Assembly (NCBI RefSeq): GCF_001194135.2 | Contig: NC_068998.1 | Span: 24,727,315 to 24,791,314, forward strand | DNA length: 64,000 bases | From: Octopus bimaculoides | Lineage: Eukaryota | Direction: 5' to 3' | Shown: one piece after another, positions 25,665 through 37,990 of the stretch | Layout: each line of letters opens with the position of its first letter | Position numbering within the stretch: position 1 is the first letter of the stretch | Notes under the pieces: model-generated | Told to the model about the DNA's origin: nothing | The model's input: the letters and a program-made list of their open reading frames with translations, nothing else | The model's database searches: none | Position numbers and translations under genes: made by a program

Positions 25665-25897
25665 GCATATATATACATAAATACATACATATATATACAT
25701 ATATATATATATCTATCCAAATACCATATGCTAATATTTCACACTAAACTGTACTAGTACACACACATTCACTTATTTACCAAACGATCTATTCAAATGA
25801 GTCTTAGGGGAATAAATTAAGGTTATAATCGAATATTAGTTTTAAGAAACCTAAATACGATATTGATGGTTATTTTCCTGCACCTTTCATTATATAT

Positions 25898-25958
<61 letters not shown>

Positions 25959-26003
25959 GCTGCTGCTACTAATATTATTATTGTTATCATTATTACTATT
26001 ATC
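25898..26003. repeat. (TAC)n/(TGC)/(ATT)n compound microsatellite
   Basis: Direct inspection. Confidence 0.95.
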
Positions 26004-26646
26004 AAGTACGTTGAATTGCCGTAAAATTCGTTAGATTATTTTCTCGCAACCAATTGGTTTTCTTCATTCATATAATGAAAATCACCAAATGACTACCTTG
26101 TTAATCTCCCATGATCACGTCTTTAATTATATATTTATTGACGAAACCATAGTATTTGTATTGATAAAGCAGTCGTGTCCATACACTTCTTTTAAAAATG
26201 AATGCCAACGTGGGAATTGAATTTATGCCAATAATTCTGCTGAACAATATAAAGTATTTCAAAACAAATATTTAGTGACATATTTTTCAGTAAAAAAAAG
26301 TAAAGAAAAATATTCCCATTTCTTTTTGATTTATGTTTTTTTCTTGGGCCTTTATTGATTAGTATGTCAGCTGAAGAAAATGACGTACAAATTCCACTGA
26401 CAATGGAATAATGTTCGTTTTAAACGAACATTATTGCATTGTGTTCGGTTTTAAATAGTCATAAACTGTTCTAAAGAAAACCTTTCGATATCCGTAAAGG
26501 AGGTTGAATAGGCGCAATTTAAAATAACGTTATACTGATTCTTGTATGTTCGTGCGTGCGTATAATATCTATATACACATACATACATGCATGCATAAAT
26601 ACACACATACACACACACACACATATATATATATATACATATATAC

Positions 26647-26696
<50 letters not shown>

Positions 26697-27082
26697 TTAT
26701 ATATATATANNNNNNNNNNNNNNNNNNNNNNNNNNNNNNNNNNNNNNNNNNNNNNNNNNNNNNNNNNNNNNNNNNNNNNNNNNNNNNNNNNNNNNNNNNN
26801 NNNNNNNNNNNNNNNNNNNNNNNNNNNNNNNNNNNNNNNNNNNNNNNNNNNNNNNNNNNNNNNNNNNNNNNNNNNNNNNNNNNNNNNNNNNNNNNNNNNN
26901 NNNNNNNNNNNNNNNNNNNNNNNNNNNNNNNNNNNNNNNNNNNNNNNNNNNNNNNNNNNNNNNNNNNNNNNNNNNNNNNNNNNNNNNNNNNNNNNNNNNN
27001 NNNNNNNNNNNNNNNNNNNNNNNNNNNNNNNNNNNNNNNNNNNNNNNNNNNNNNNNNNNNNNNNNNNNNNNNNNNNNNNNNN

Positions 27083-27113
<31 letters not shown>

Positions 27114-27377
27114 GTATATATATATGCTTGCATACACACATACAAACGTTCACATTCACTCACAAACAGACACGTACATATACACTCGTTAATTCGTGAG
27201 TTCAACAAAACTTCTAAACATTAAACATTCATGAATATTTCGGGCCTGCAATGACAATGAAAGATACTATTGTAGGCATGACACCAAAAGCAAGTCTTGG
27301 CATTACGCATAAAATGTATGTTATCTCTATGTGTTTACATACTTACGTAAAGATGTATATACTTATGCGTTATATAC

Positions 27378-27525
27378 ATACATATGTTCATATATAAAAG
27401 TGTATATTATTTATACACAAAGATGCGACCCTTTTCAGGACGCCTCTCTAGCGTGTAAGGCGTCCTGTAAACGGTTGCCTCTTTGTGCATAAATACTATA
27501 CACTTTTATATATGTAAATATGTAT
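27378..27525. repeat. Long fold-back, ~68-bp arms with 12-nt loop (foldback MITE-like)
   Basis: ...CATATATAAAAGTGTATATTATTTATACACAAAGATGCGACCCTTTTCAGGACGCCT-ctctagcgtgta-AGGCGTCCTGTAAACGGTTGCCTCTTTGTGCATAAATACTATACACTTTTATATATG... Confidence 0.9.
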
Positions 27526-27879
27526 TTAGTCTATTGACTTTTATTACGCATGCTAACCACCGGTATGAAGATTTTCTAAATTGTCTACCCTTATAATTTT
27601 TACATACGTTTATATATTGTTTAGTAGTACTGTATTTTTTAGTAATACTGTACTTATCTCTTTGTGTTAACGAAACTAATTACTAATTTTACTGTTATTC
27701 TGCAGAGAAGTTAAAAATGGAATCATGATGCTTGTATATTTATTCTAAGCTTGGAAAATATAGCATTTGACAACCAACATTTGTTGCTGAAAGATTAACT
27801 TTGAGTAATGACCATCGTCTATCGATTCCTGTCATACATGACGCGAGATGCCGTGTAGTCAACAAATGCCTCCGTCTTA

Positions 27880-28450
27880 GCATTTCAGTCACGATGTTTA
27901 TCTACTGGACAGTTCCATACAAGAACTAAAGGGAACCGTATGATTATGATTAGATTTAACAGTCACTGTCGTGACAATGATGAATGTTCTTCAGGTTTCC
28001 TTTTCAATGGCTGTAAATTTGGAAACTAACACAAAATATACCAAACATCAATATCATTCTATAACAATCAAATATTATACTCTTCTTCTTAATGTTTCCT
28101 ATATTTGCTGTACATACATAATTCAAATTTCATTCAAATATTGAAGCTGTTGCAGCTTTTCCATGACCAGATTTTATTGACATTAATCACTATATTCATT
28201 AAGTGACATTTTTTCGAGACTATCTTCGTTAGCATTTTTTCATTTTCTGCGCTCTTCCGTCTATAAACGAAATCAACATGTACTGTATGGACATATACTT
28301 TGTTAACCTTTTCAGAATAGCGATTTATTAACTTTTCATTCTGAATTGTTAAACACTCTATGTATACTAGTGATTGAAATGGTTTTGAGGAACTAGAGAT
28401 GCTACGCAAAACACTAATGGCTGAGAATAGGAAGGTTGAAAAGGTCACTG
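27880..28450 (-). pseudogene. Candidate decayed class-A GPCR relic (TM3-TM7)
   Basis: STFLFSAISVLRSISSSSKPFQS (cf. AISVERY.AI..PF), LCMYSK (TM5 end), RMILMFGIFCVSF (TM6), PF*FLYG (TM7-like). Requires frameshifts. Confidence 0.25.
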
Positions 28451-28930
28451 TAGGTCAACTCAGTCCATAGTCTGAAGACTATGGTAATGGCATATAGTTG
28501 CATACTCCCACATTAAGTTTCGTTTTATAATTATGAATTATTATAAATATTTTCACTTGGATTGGTTTTGTATCGTTGATTTTATATTTGACATTGCTTA
28601 CGTATATTCCTCCAACATACATATAATTGAATATATGAGGTTATTCTTGTGTATGCGTTTGAGAAAGTGAAAAAGTGTGCGTGTATGTGTGCGTATGTGT
28701 ATCATATTCATCTGTATATTTACATATCGCCGATTGCTTAAAACGTCAGGGATGATGGACACCAATGAATAGATGATAAACATAAACGCTATTCTTTTGA
28801 TTGTATTTGCGGGCAACTTTTCAGTTTATCGATTCTGGAAAGCACAATCTCAAAGTACTCAAGTTAAATGTAGCAAGAGATTTGATCGTCACACGACGAT
28901 TCCATAATCATAGGGAATCCTTGTCTCCTA

Positions 28931-28967
<37 letters not shown>

Positions 28968-29115
28968 CCTCTTTTTAAACGTGTTTGTGTGCGCGTGTAC
29001 ATACATGTTTATGGATTTGTGTTACAATATTCCAGACGTGAAATCGTATGTTGAAACAGATATTGATATATTTCGGGATAGTCATTTCTCTTTTTTTTTT
29101 TTTGTCCAAATAAAG

Positions 29116-29155
<40 letters not shown>

Positions 29156-29754
29156 TTATATGAATGTTTAGGTGTGGGTTGCGTGCTTGCGCGCTTTGGG
29201 TGTTGTACATGTGCTTTATTTTGGCTCCTTGAGTGTGGAAGTGTATATAGCTACAGGCAATAGAACTGCTCTATGTATGCAAGACCGAAATATTTCTTGT
29301 GCCATAAGGTTTACTTCTGCTTCTACTTTTCCAAATATGGCAACCATTATTTGAACCTACTTCTCTAAAAGCATTTTACCATCGCTAAAAGAGGAATTGT
29401 ACAAGGCCGGAGAATTAAGCTATTGTAACCGTGTGCTTTTGCCTACTGCAGTAAAATATATATTTTTGCGGAAAATATTAGCGATTTCATAGTATTGAAA
29501 TTAAAAACTAAAGAATCTGTCTCATACTTTCAAAGTTACATCGCAAGATAATAGAAACTGTGTCTTGTATATTAAGTTTAAATTTGGGTTTTCAATGCAG
29601 TTAGCATACACGCATATAATGTACATACATTCACGTCACATATAGTCTATACTCTTTTAACGCTTAAGTGTCTTGAGCACTTTGCGTATTATAGTAGGAA
29701 ACAAACCAACAATATATATACACAATATATGTGTGCGTGCGTGTATGTATGTGT

Positions 29755-29764
<10 letters not shown>

Positions 29765-29838
<74 letters not shown>

Positions 29839-29915
29839 AGATAGATAGAGAGAGAGAGAGCGAGAGAGACAGAGAGTGACAGAGAAAGAGAGAGAGAGGG
29901 AGAGAGAGAGAGGGA
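29765..29915. repeat. (TA)n-(GA)n-(GATA)n compound microsatellite
   Basis: Direct inspection. Confidence 0.95.
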
Positions 29916-31469
29916 GATATGTACGTATATATACGCACGCAGTTATAAATATCATTAAAACAACCTATAATAGAAACACCGTGGACTGTTGATATGACAA
30001 TAGTTACAATCTAATTTTCTAGTTACATCAGAAACAATGAAAGAGAGAAATCTGTTCTATGAGAGAAAGATATTTCTGTAGTAGGCAGCAGAATTAATGA
30101 TTCGAAACAAGATCTCAATTTAAATGGTCTACTGGTTAATTTATTTCAAAAGAAGCCTAATGTCGCTAAACAATTTTCGAATGTATTTGAAAATATCTTT
30201 AAAAAAATATTAAGAGATATAATTGCAATGAAAGTTACTATGTGTGAGTTAGTTTAGTCAAGTACTGTCGAAAAAAAAAATATATATTTAAATAATCGGT
30301 AAGCTTCCTTGAATAGATATAATAAGTTTAATTGTGGTCTTTATAGCTCTGTTTATATATATTAATTAAAAAAAAAACTATCTACTGATTTAAACCAGTA
30401 GATAGAATCGTCTGAATCCCTTATGTATCACCATACTAGCTAATTTTAATTAGCCTAACTGCTCCCTCTTTGGCGTGACATGAGGAGTGTTAAATCTCTA
30501 GATTAGTTTCTTTTGGACATTTGTTATTGTAAAGAAATATAAACACTAGAGGCCTTCGAAGGTATCCAATTCGATGCATACAGCTAACCATCTTTCGTGA
30601 GCGTACATGTTATTTTCACTAATTGCATTAAGTTACTATGTGGTCGTATAGAGACATAACCCATATCCCAGCTTCTTGAAACTTAACCTTTCGATATATC
30701 CAGGATGTGACAACTCCATAAAGTTGCACCAACACCAGCACCCGGGTGATATTCATTTATAGTTGACTAAACTGTAGCAAGATGATATAAAGTGCATAAC
30801 TCAAAGATGCAATGCTCCTCGAAGTCTAGAAATTTAACCAGTGACTTTATGATCAAGTTCCTAACGTACTAAACACTGACTCAATGTCTTTATTTCTTGC
30901 GTGTATTCTAAACTATACGGCTTGAGACATGATTAAGACAAAAAATATACTGACAGTAAAGTAAGCTATTATACTACGAATGGCCTTAGGTGAAATTAGT
31001 ACGCTGCTTAAAAAGATGCACACGTGATGTTTAACCCCAGTACTTTTCAGGCAATATTATCCTGTATTTTATTTTCCAGGAATAGTATATCTACGCTTAA
31101 TTTCGCAATTATGTCCTTGTTTTTTTTAAGAAACTACACATTGTAATTTGAGAAAGCTTGCACTTCTAGTTCTAGCAGGGCCTGTGGCTATGTATTCCTT
31201 ATAGCGCTGTTATATCTGTCTCAGTTCTAAGCATATTTTTTGTATCAAATCCAGAACGATTAAATTTGAGATAATTTTCAAATAAAAGCTGAGCCCTTAG
31301 ACAATAGAACATGTACAACCGAACCTGTGTCTTTTTATGAGCGGCAACAAATTCAAATCTAAATTTTTAAAAAGCGATATTAAGAAAGTTGTTCTCAGGG
31401 TTCATTTTTCAGTTTCATTAACTTGTTATATCCCAGTATGTATTACATATTAATTGTAATGCAAATATT

Positions 31470-33450
31470 CACTGGATAAAAAAAAAAAAGATTTTGTAAG
31501 TTGTTTTAGTTTTTTCAACTGGTTTAATAAAATTTTGCACCGCTGAATCCGAAAATGACATCCGCTTCTCTCGATGAGGTCAGGTTTCTATGCTAAGTTG
31601 ATTTTTTGAAAATCCGATCTTCTCAATAAATCGATTACATTTTTCTGACNNNNNNNNNNNNNNNNNNNNNNNNNNNNNNNNNNNNNNNNNNNNNNNNNNN
31701 NNNNNNNNNNNNNNNNNNNNNNNNNNNNNNNNNNNNNNNNGTGTGTGTCTGTCTGTGTCTGTGTATGTATGTGTGTGTGTGTGTATGTGTGTGTGTGTGT
31801 TTGCGTGATACTTTGGATATTATTCATTAAATTGATTACATTTTTCTGACATTATCGGTTGATTTTTGTAAATATTTCTCATCCGAAATAGGTTTTTACG
31901 ATAAAAAATTGTTTTCTGACACAATATATTAATTAAATGTTACGAACTTCGATTACCGTAAATTGTATAGTAGACACTGATAAAGATACGTACATGAAAA
32001 TTAAATGTTATGTCATCATTGTTGAAAATTCAGGGCTTGAACTTGCGTTTATTACAACTCTTAGGAAGCTGAGCGGCAGGAATGTCTCTCTTCGGAGTCC
32101 AACAGTAATCTGCCATCATGACTGCATCCAAGCATACTTGATACCTGGTCTCCATTTCTTTCATGTTCTGAATTTCTTCCCCTGCTCGTTGCTTATTGAT
32201 CCCAGATTCTCAGGCAACCGATCCATATGTGACTAACGCATTTTAATGCTCATGTTGCATCCGAGATTTCTTAAGCAGTCAACATACTGGTAGCAAGTTC
32301 TGCGTAGTTCCTCGCCTTATTGTTGCCAAGAAAGTTCTTCACGACTAGAGCAAAAGCTTCCATGCTTCCAGTTCCACTTCGTTCATTGAGTTTTCAAACG
32401 CAAGCTTTCTGATGAGCTGGCAGATTAGACGACCGTCGTAGATGCCAGTTTTTTAACTTCTCAATAATCAATCCTGGAAAAGTCTGGCACAAGTAAGTGA
32501 AATAGCCACCATCCTTATCCAGAGCTTTGGTGAACTGCTTGATCATGCCGAGCTTGATATGCAGTGGGGAGAAGAGTATTCTGTCTCTGTCCACCAGAGG
32601 GTGGTTTATGAGGTTCTTATCTCTACAAGGCACCATTTCCTCCCTCAAAGACCTTCTTGTAATGCTGAGCAGTGTCCCTACTATCCCACATGCTAAGAAA
32701 GTATGAGTACTTGGTGAACCCAGACTGTCGTCCCAACAAAATATTCACTATCTTCAGGTCAACACATATAAACCACCGATGCTGACTATAACGAATTTTC
32801 TCCAGCACATACTTTACTGCTTCATATTTCTCTGTCACTGTAGTCGAGTGAGCGAGGGGTACAGAGGCAAACTGGTTGCCGTTGTGCAGCAGAACACATT
32901 TCAGTGATCGCTTGCCGCTGTCAATGAATAGTCTCCAATCTTTGGGTTCGTACTGTTGCCGTCCAAGCTTGTGCAGAAGATGGGCAATTTCTGTACAGTA
33001 CACCAAGTCCTCTTCAGAGAAAAAGAGGAGGTACTTTTGATGCCTGTTGCGGTAGAGGAAGATGAGAGCACTGTCAGAGAGGAGGTGTTTTCCCTTTAAT
33101 CCGGATACTAACACTCCGGCAGAGGACGTTGACAATCCTATATCGTGAACTAGATCATTTAACTCCTTTTTGTAAAAAAAGGATGTGCAGCATCATCGTC
33201 AAGAACTTCTTCTTCCTCATCTTCTTGAACACTGGAGGATTCTACGTCACTAGCGTCAGGAAATTCTCCGAAGACAGGTACTGGAATGTTATCACAGTGA
33301 GCTACAGGACGACGTGCTGATTGAAGATCAGGATACCTGAGGCTGCTCCTAAGTAGGTTAACGATGCACATAAAACAATTTGCTCAGTACAGCTTTTAGG
33401 TGAAGATCAAGCAAAATTGTAGTTAAAATATCATGTTTTACATTGTAATG
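31470..33450 (-). mobile_element. Chapaev3-like (CMC superfamily) DNA transposon relic, 5'-truncated, frameshifted transposase
   Basis: Minus-strand blocks YPDLQSARRPVAH..IPVPVF; DWRLFIDSGKRSLKCVLLHNGN..SVPLAHS; WFICVDLKIVNILLGRQSGFTKY; PLHIKLGMIKQFTKALD; LPENLGSISNEQG. The 3' terminus ...GGATTCAGCGGTGCAAAA...TTTTTTATCCAGTG ends at 31470. Confidence 0.85.
31628..31850. mobile_element. Microsatellite-containing insertion with 22-bp direct flanking repeat, inside the Chapaev 3' region
   Basis: AAAT(C/T)GATTACATTTTTCTGAC at 31628-31649 and 31829-31850 brackets a gap plus a (GT)n-rich segment. Confidence 0.55.
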
Positions 33451-33456
33451 CTACTA

Positions 33457-33694
33457 TCAGTCCGAATATGCTCGAGGCACGTTCGAACCGGTGAACAAGC
33501 TACTCACTGCGTTTTGTCGCGGAAAATATATCTCGGTTGTTGACAAATGGTGTGTATGCACCTATATCAGTTCGCAGCACCACCCACTCAGACCGTGAGA
33601 TTTTAGCATTTTGGAGTAGTTATCTCCTCTTCGGTAACGGATACCAGGCAGGTTGTTCACCAGTTCGAACGTGCCTCCAACATATTCGGGCTGA
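33457..33694. mobile_element. MITE, 238 bp, ~45-bp TIRs, TA target duplication
   Basis: TA|TCAGTCCGAATATGCTCGAGGCACGTTCGAACCGGTGAACAA ... TTGTTCACCAGTTCGAACGTGCCTCCAACATATTCGGGCTGA|TA. Confidence 0.85.
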
Positions 33695-35070
33695 TAACAT
33701 TATAATTTTACTTATCACTGCTTAGTGCTTCCCCCAATGTTTTACAGTTACTTAATTTTTGTGATTAAATTTTTGTCAATGCAGTTAAATACTAACTAGT
33801 TGAATAATTTCTAATTCGTTTATTATGGGGCTGGAATCTATTTGTTGACGTCTAATTTATTCCTATTGAGTAAGACATTCTTAGGAAACTGCTATAAATC
33901 ATTCATAGTTTGCTCGAAACAGACTTACTAAGTTTGTAGCTGAAGTAAACACACTCTAATGTCACGTCTTTACATACGCTTTTGTTCTTTCGAATGAAAT
34001 GTTGCCTTTGTTCATCATACATTATATTTTTACTTTCGGTTATTTATGACGTGAAGTAATAAGTTGTCTCTTGATCCCACGTTGCCCGACAGAACTCAGG
34101 CCGCAGGATCAGCTCCTGTCATGCAGTGTGACATAAATTAAGTCAGAGAACTAATCAATAAGAACATTTTATCATAACTGGAATTTTTCTATAAACAAAG
34201 TTTGCAAAAATCTTTTCTTGTCTTAGTGAATGCCATTCTTGCAAAGTATAAAAGAAAAATAATAAGTATTATCGGGACAAAAAAATCAAATGAAGTTGTC
34301 AGAACATTTCAATAATTCAGTATCCATGATACTTTCTGTAATCCACATCAAAGAAAAGAGTGTATATTGTGACTGCTAGTCTTTAGTATGTCACTCAGCA
34401 TTATATTCAATTATATATTTATATTAAATCGTTCTGTCTCTGGAACATAAAAGACTACAGAACTGTCGTTCTAATTACGGTTTCTAACAAACAGACGTCT
34501 ATTCTTATGTCCCGGTACTATCCCTCACAAATCACCATATATTTTCAATAATAGCTAATATCATAAATATTCACAGATATTATGTTCCTATATAGGGCCT
34601 GATACAGAAGAACATTGTTCTAAACTTTAACACTTAGAAAGTGAGGCTGTCTGATCGCACAAATAATATGACAATGGTTCTTCGTCTGATTTCGTAACTT
34701 GTAATCTTACACGACATTGGTTGTGAGGCCCATTTGAGTCTTATATTGTACATTTACATTTTAGCCACATGAAATAGGGATATCACTATAGGACTGTAAA
34801 TAAAAGCATCGAGCTACGAGAGAGCGTCTACGCGGCTATGTATGCTATTAGAAATAGTAGTCACATTCCTATAAAAAAGTATGCAATTATATTAAATATA
34901 TAAGGGTATACTGGGAAATCTATTGCTGATATACAAATATATGAGTTGATTAATGTTGAATTGCCTTTAATAATTAGTCTACTCGATAATGGTTAACTTG
35001 CGGTGAACAAAGACAGCTCCAGTAACCACGTTGTAAACTTCTATAGTGCTACATTATTTCCTAATGATCC

Positions 35071-35230
35071 TTTCTATAATAGATACAAGGTCTGAAAATT
35101 TCGGAGAGGAAACCAGTCGATTACATCGACCGCAGTGTTTCACTGCTACTTAATTTATTGACCCCCAAAAGGATGAGAGTGACTTCGACAGAATTTGAAC
35201 TCAGAAAGTAGCGACGGGCGAAATACTTGC
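35071..35230 (-). mobile_element. SINE family B, 5'-truncated
   Basis: Reverse complement of TTCTGAGTTCAAATTC...GGTCGATGTAATCGACTGG...CCTTGTATCTATTATAGAAA. Confidence 0.75.
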
Positions 35231-36989
35231 AGAAAGCAATTCCTGTAACAATAGGACACATTTAATGTTTGAATTTTTCAGTATATGTAACAAAATGTTT
35301 TATTCATTAAAATGTTAGGATTCATGTCCATGCTGTGAGGTTTGAAATAACATCATTAACCAATTACCAAAAATTACTATTTAGCATTCTTGAACCTAAA
35401 AAGCAGGATTTGAATTTAAGATTGTGGCATGTGTTAATGCAAATAAAAACATATATGCCATTTATCATTAGTAATGTAATTCACGGCTCCAAACAAATTT
35501 ATTATTCTGTTAGATTAGTGTGCAATTGATATTCTGTTTGTAGGGATTTAAAATATTCTTTAGATAATTGGTATTGAGGTTTTATTTGTGCTAACATAAA
35601 AGATATACAATTGATATGAATGACGCTAACAGAACGCGTATTATCAGTATAATAAAAAAAAGTCTACACATTTGCAGAGCCACTAAATTTACTGCAACTA
35701 AACTTGAAACCATCGATTTTCTTTAGGATGCATACCTCTATCATTCAGGCAGTTAAAGCAAACTCTCCAATTTGAGCTCAATATTAACAAATATAAGTTA
35801 CCGATTGCAAACTACAAACAGATACATTTTTGAGACACAGTAAACTTGAAATGTAGAATGCATTACCAAATAAAATGCCTATCGTCCAGAGTTCACTATA
35901 ATATATGTCTGTCGTTTCAGAAGTAAGCAAGCTATTTCATGTAAAATGAAAAGCATTGTTTCGAGAGTATTAGGTCATTGTAATATGCTGAATGACGTAA
36001 TCCGAATTGAGACGGTGCACTATCAGGATTGACTCTCAGACATTTCCTTATGCTTACCGAACAATAGAGTCACACTTAGCTAAAATATTTAAAGTACATT
36101 ACGAATTTTGGTTTCAGAAAAGGAAAAATAAATTTTCTCAACAGGCAAAATGTACATGCAGAATATATATTAGGTAATATTTAATGTCCTCTGATAATCT
36201 ATGTAAATCTTCAGATTCATTTTATCACATGAACTATGAAATTAAAATGAATTATTTTTTACACTTTTATAAGATAAACACGTCTTCAACTAAACGATAT
36301 TTACCAATGATTAAAAGAAAAAGATTCTCTCTAGTGGATAAAACAATAAGCAGCACTACATGGAATAAAAACAGAAGCATAACTGCATGGATTTACATAG
36401 CTTTTCCTTTCTATTTCCACATTCAATATTAGGCACAGTTTAGTAAACGAGTAAAAGAAGAACAAAGTATGTATTTTATCTATGACAGGTACTTAAAATA
36501 TGTTTGGATAACAAAGGAATCGAATTTTCGAATAATGCAAATTACGTTTACCTCACTTGAAATATTTGAATTTTCAGTATAATTCATTACACGCTAGTTC
36601 TATTTTCTCTTACATTAAATGTAATATAATGCATAATTTACCTTCTTTTAGAATCAAAAGATTCAGTATCAAATTTATTGCCAGATCGAAAATATTTTCT
36701 TCTCCTCATCTGAACGACAATCGATGAGGAGGTCAAAGAAACACATCACTGATAACAAGTTACGAGGAAGTAGTGCAATAAGAATTACATTTAGGAATAA
36801 AGGAGTTTCTTTTGAAGAAAAAAAAACAAAGAACATTTGTTGCATAGATTGTTTCCTTGACGTGTAAGATATTCAGATATTCAAACTTCCTTTCGTTTAA
36901 CACGAAACTGTTACAGAAGATTTCTGTATTTTTCAGCATTACAAGTAGCAGACCTAAGAGTAAAATTTCTTCTTTCTGATATTGTAACA

Positions 36990-37990
36990 AAGAAATGAAA
37001 TGCATTTCAGTTGTTCAAGTGTAGAAAGGAATGCAATATCATTTATACTATGTTCTCATTTCAGGATAAAGCCAAGAAGTATTACACATCTTGCAATGTT
37101 CAATTGCATCGAGTTCCATATTTATAAATATAATCCTTTATATAGGATTCCATATGAAATCAATGAATCAAGGCTACTAGAAACAAACAAAGATTTCCTT
37201 AAGTGTAAGATAAACTGGGTTGTACATGTTCAGTATCTTGAGGAACACTGCTGATATAAAAATAGTCGATGTTAGTATCAACAGATATCTGGAACATTTT
37301 GGTGCATTTCGAGGAAATATGACTACTAAAATTGGTATGTGGCTACTTATAGCATTTGCAACAATGGTACTGTCAATTATATTGACTCCGCTTCTGGACT
37401 ATTATTTATTATATATATGTCTGTCGTTTCAGAAGCAAGCAAGCTATTTCATGTACATAATTAAAGGCAAAGATTACCTCTGCACATATTGAACCGAGCT
37501 TGTTAAAAGAGTACCAAATTACCATATGTTATTTCCCACAATGTTCTAATGATTCTGTTGAAAATATGGTAACTAAATCATTATAGAATGCAAAAATGCA
37601 AGACTCCACATGTAATAACTGCTACCGATTATATATGAAAGGTTTTTACGACGCAAACGTCTCGGAAATTCTACTGAATCGGCGGTTTGGATATAGTCCA
37701 ACAAAATTATACGATAAGATTGGATTGATTTACTAAAGCATCAATCCGATACAAAGATACGAAAATCAAAAACTCAACAAATCACACAAAAAAAAAAGAA
37801 TTCATATTAATAAAATGTTGACTTTTGTAAATTATTATTGGTTGTCTATTTATTGTATCCACATATATGCAAATAAGATTTGGGATGCGAATGTTTGGTA
37901 TCCGATACTTGAATGCATAATTTATTCAATAAAATCCTAAGAATCCATTTGTCTGCAATTATAGAAAATTTCAGTTCATTTAATTATATA
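36990..37990 (+). pseudogene. Probable decayed intronless class-A (rhodopsin-family) GPCR
   Basis: Overlapping ORFs 37000-37254 and 37220-37492 join by one frameshift: ITHLAMFN..P..PYEI..CKINWVVHV (TM2-TM3 start), TADIKIVDVSINRYL..FR..MTTK..LIAFATMVLSIILTPLL (TM3-ICL2-TM4). Downstream, stop-interrupted LMILLKIW (TM5), KKKEF..KML / IIIGCLFIV (TM6) and GIRYLN..NP (TM7). Motif order and total length (~1 kb) fit a 7TM protein. Confidence 0.5.

Noticed and set aside
35760-36900. GPCR-like traces on the minus strand (LVISD, S.DK.YILC, FIFPFL, YISSLLCLKN)
   Set aside because: TM2-to-DRY spacing is too long, many frameshifts are needed, and it abuts the better plus-strand candidate with no intergenic space. 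Likely overfitting to AT-rich sequence.
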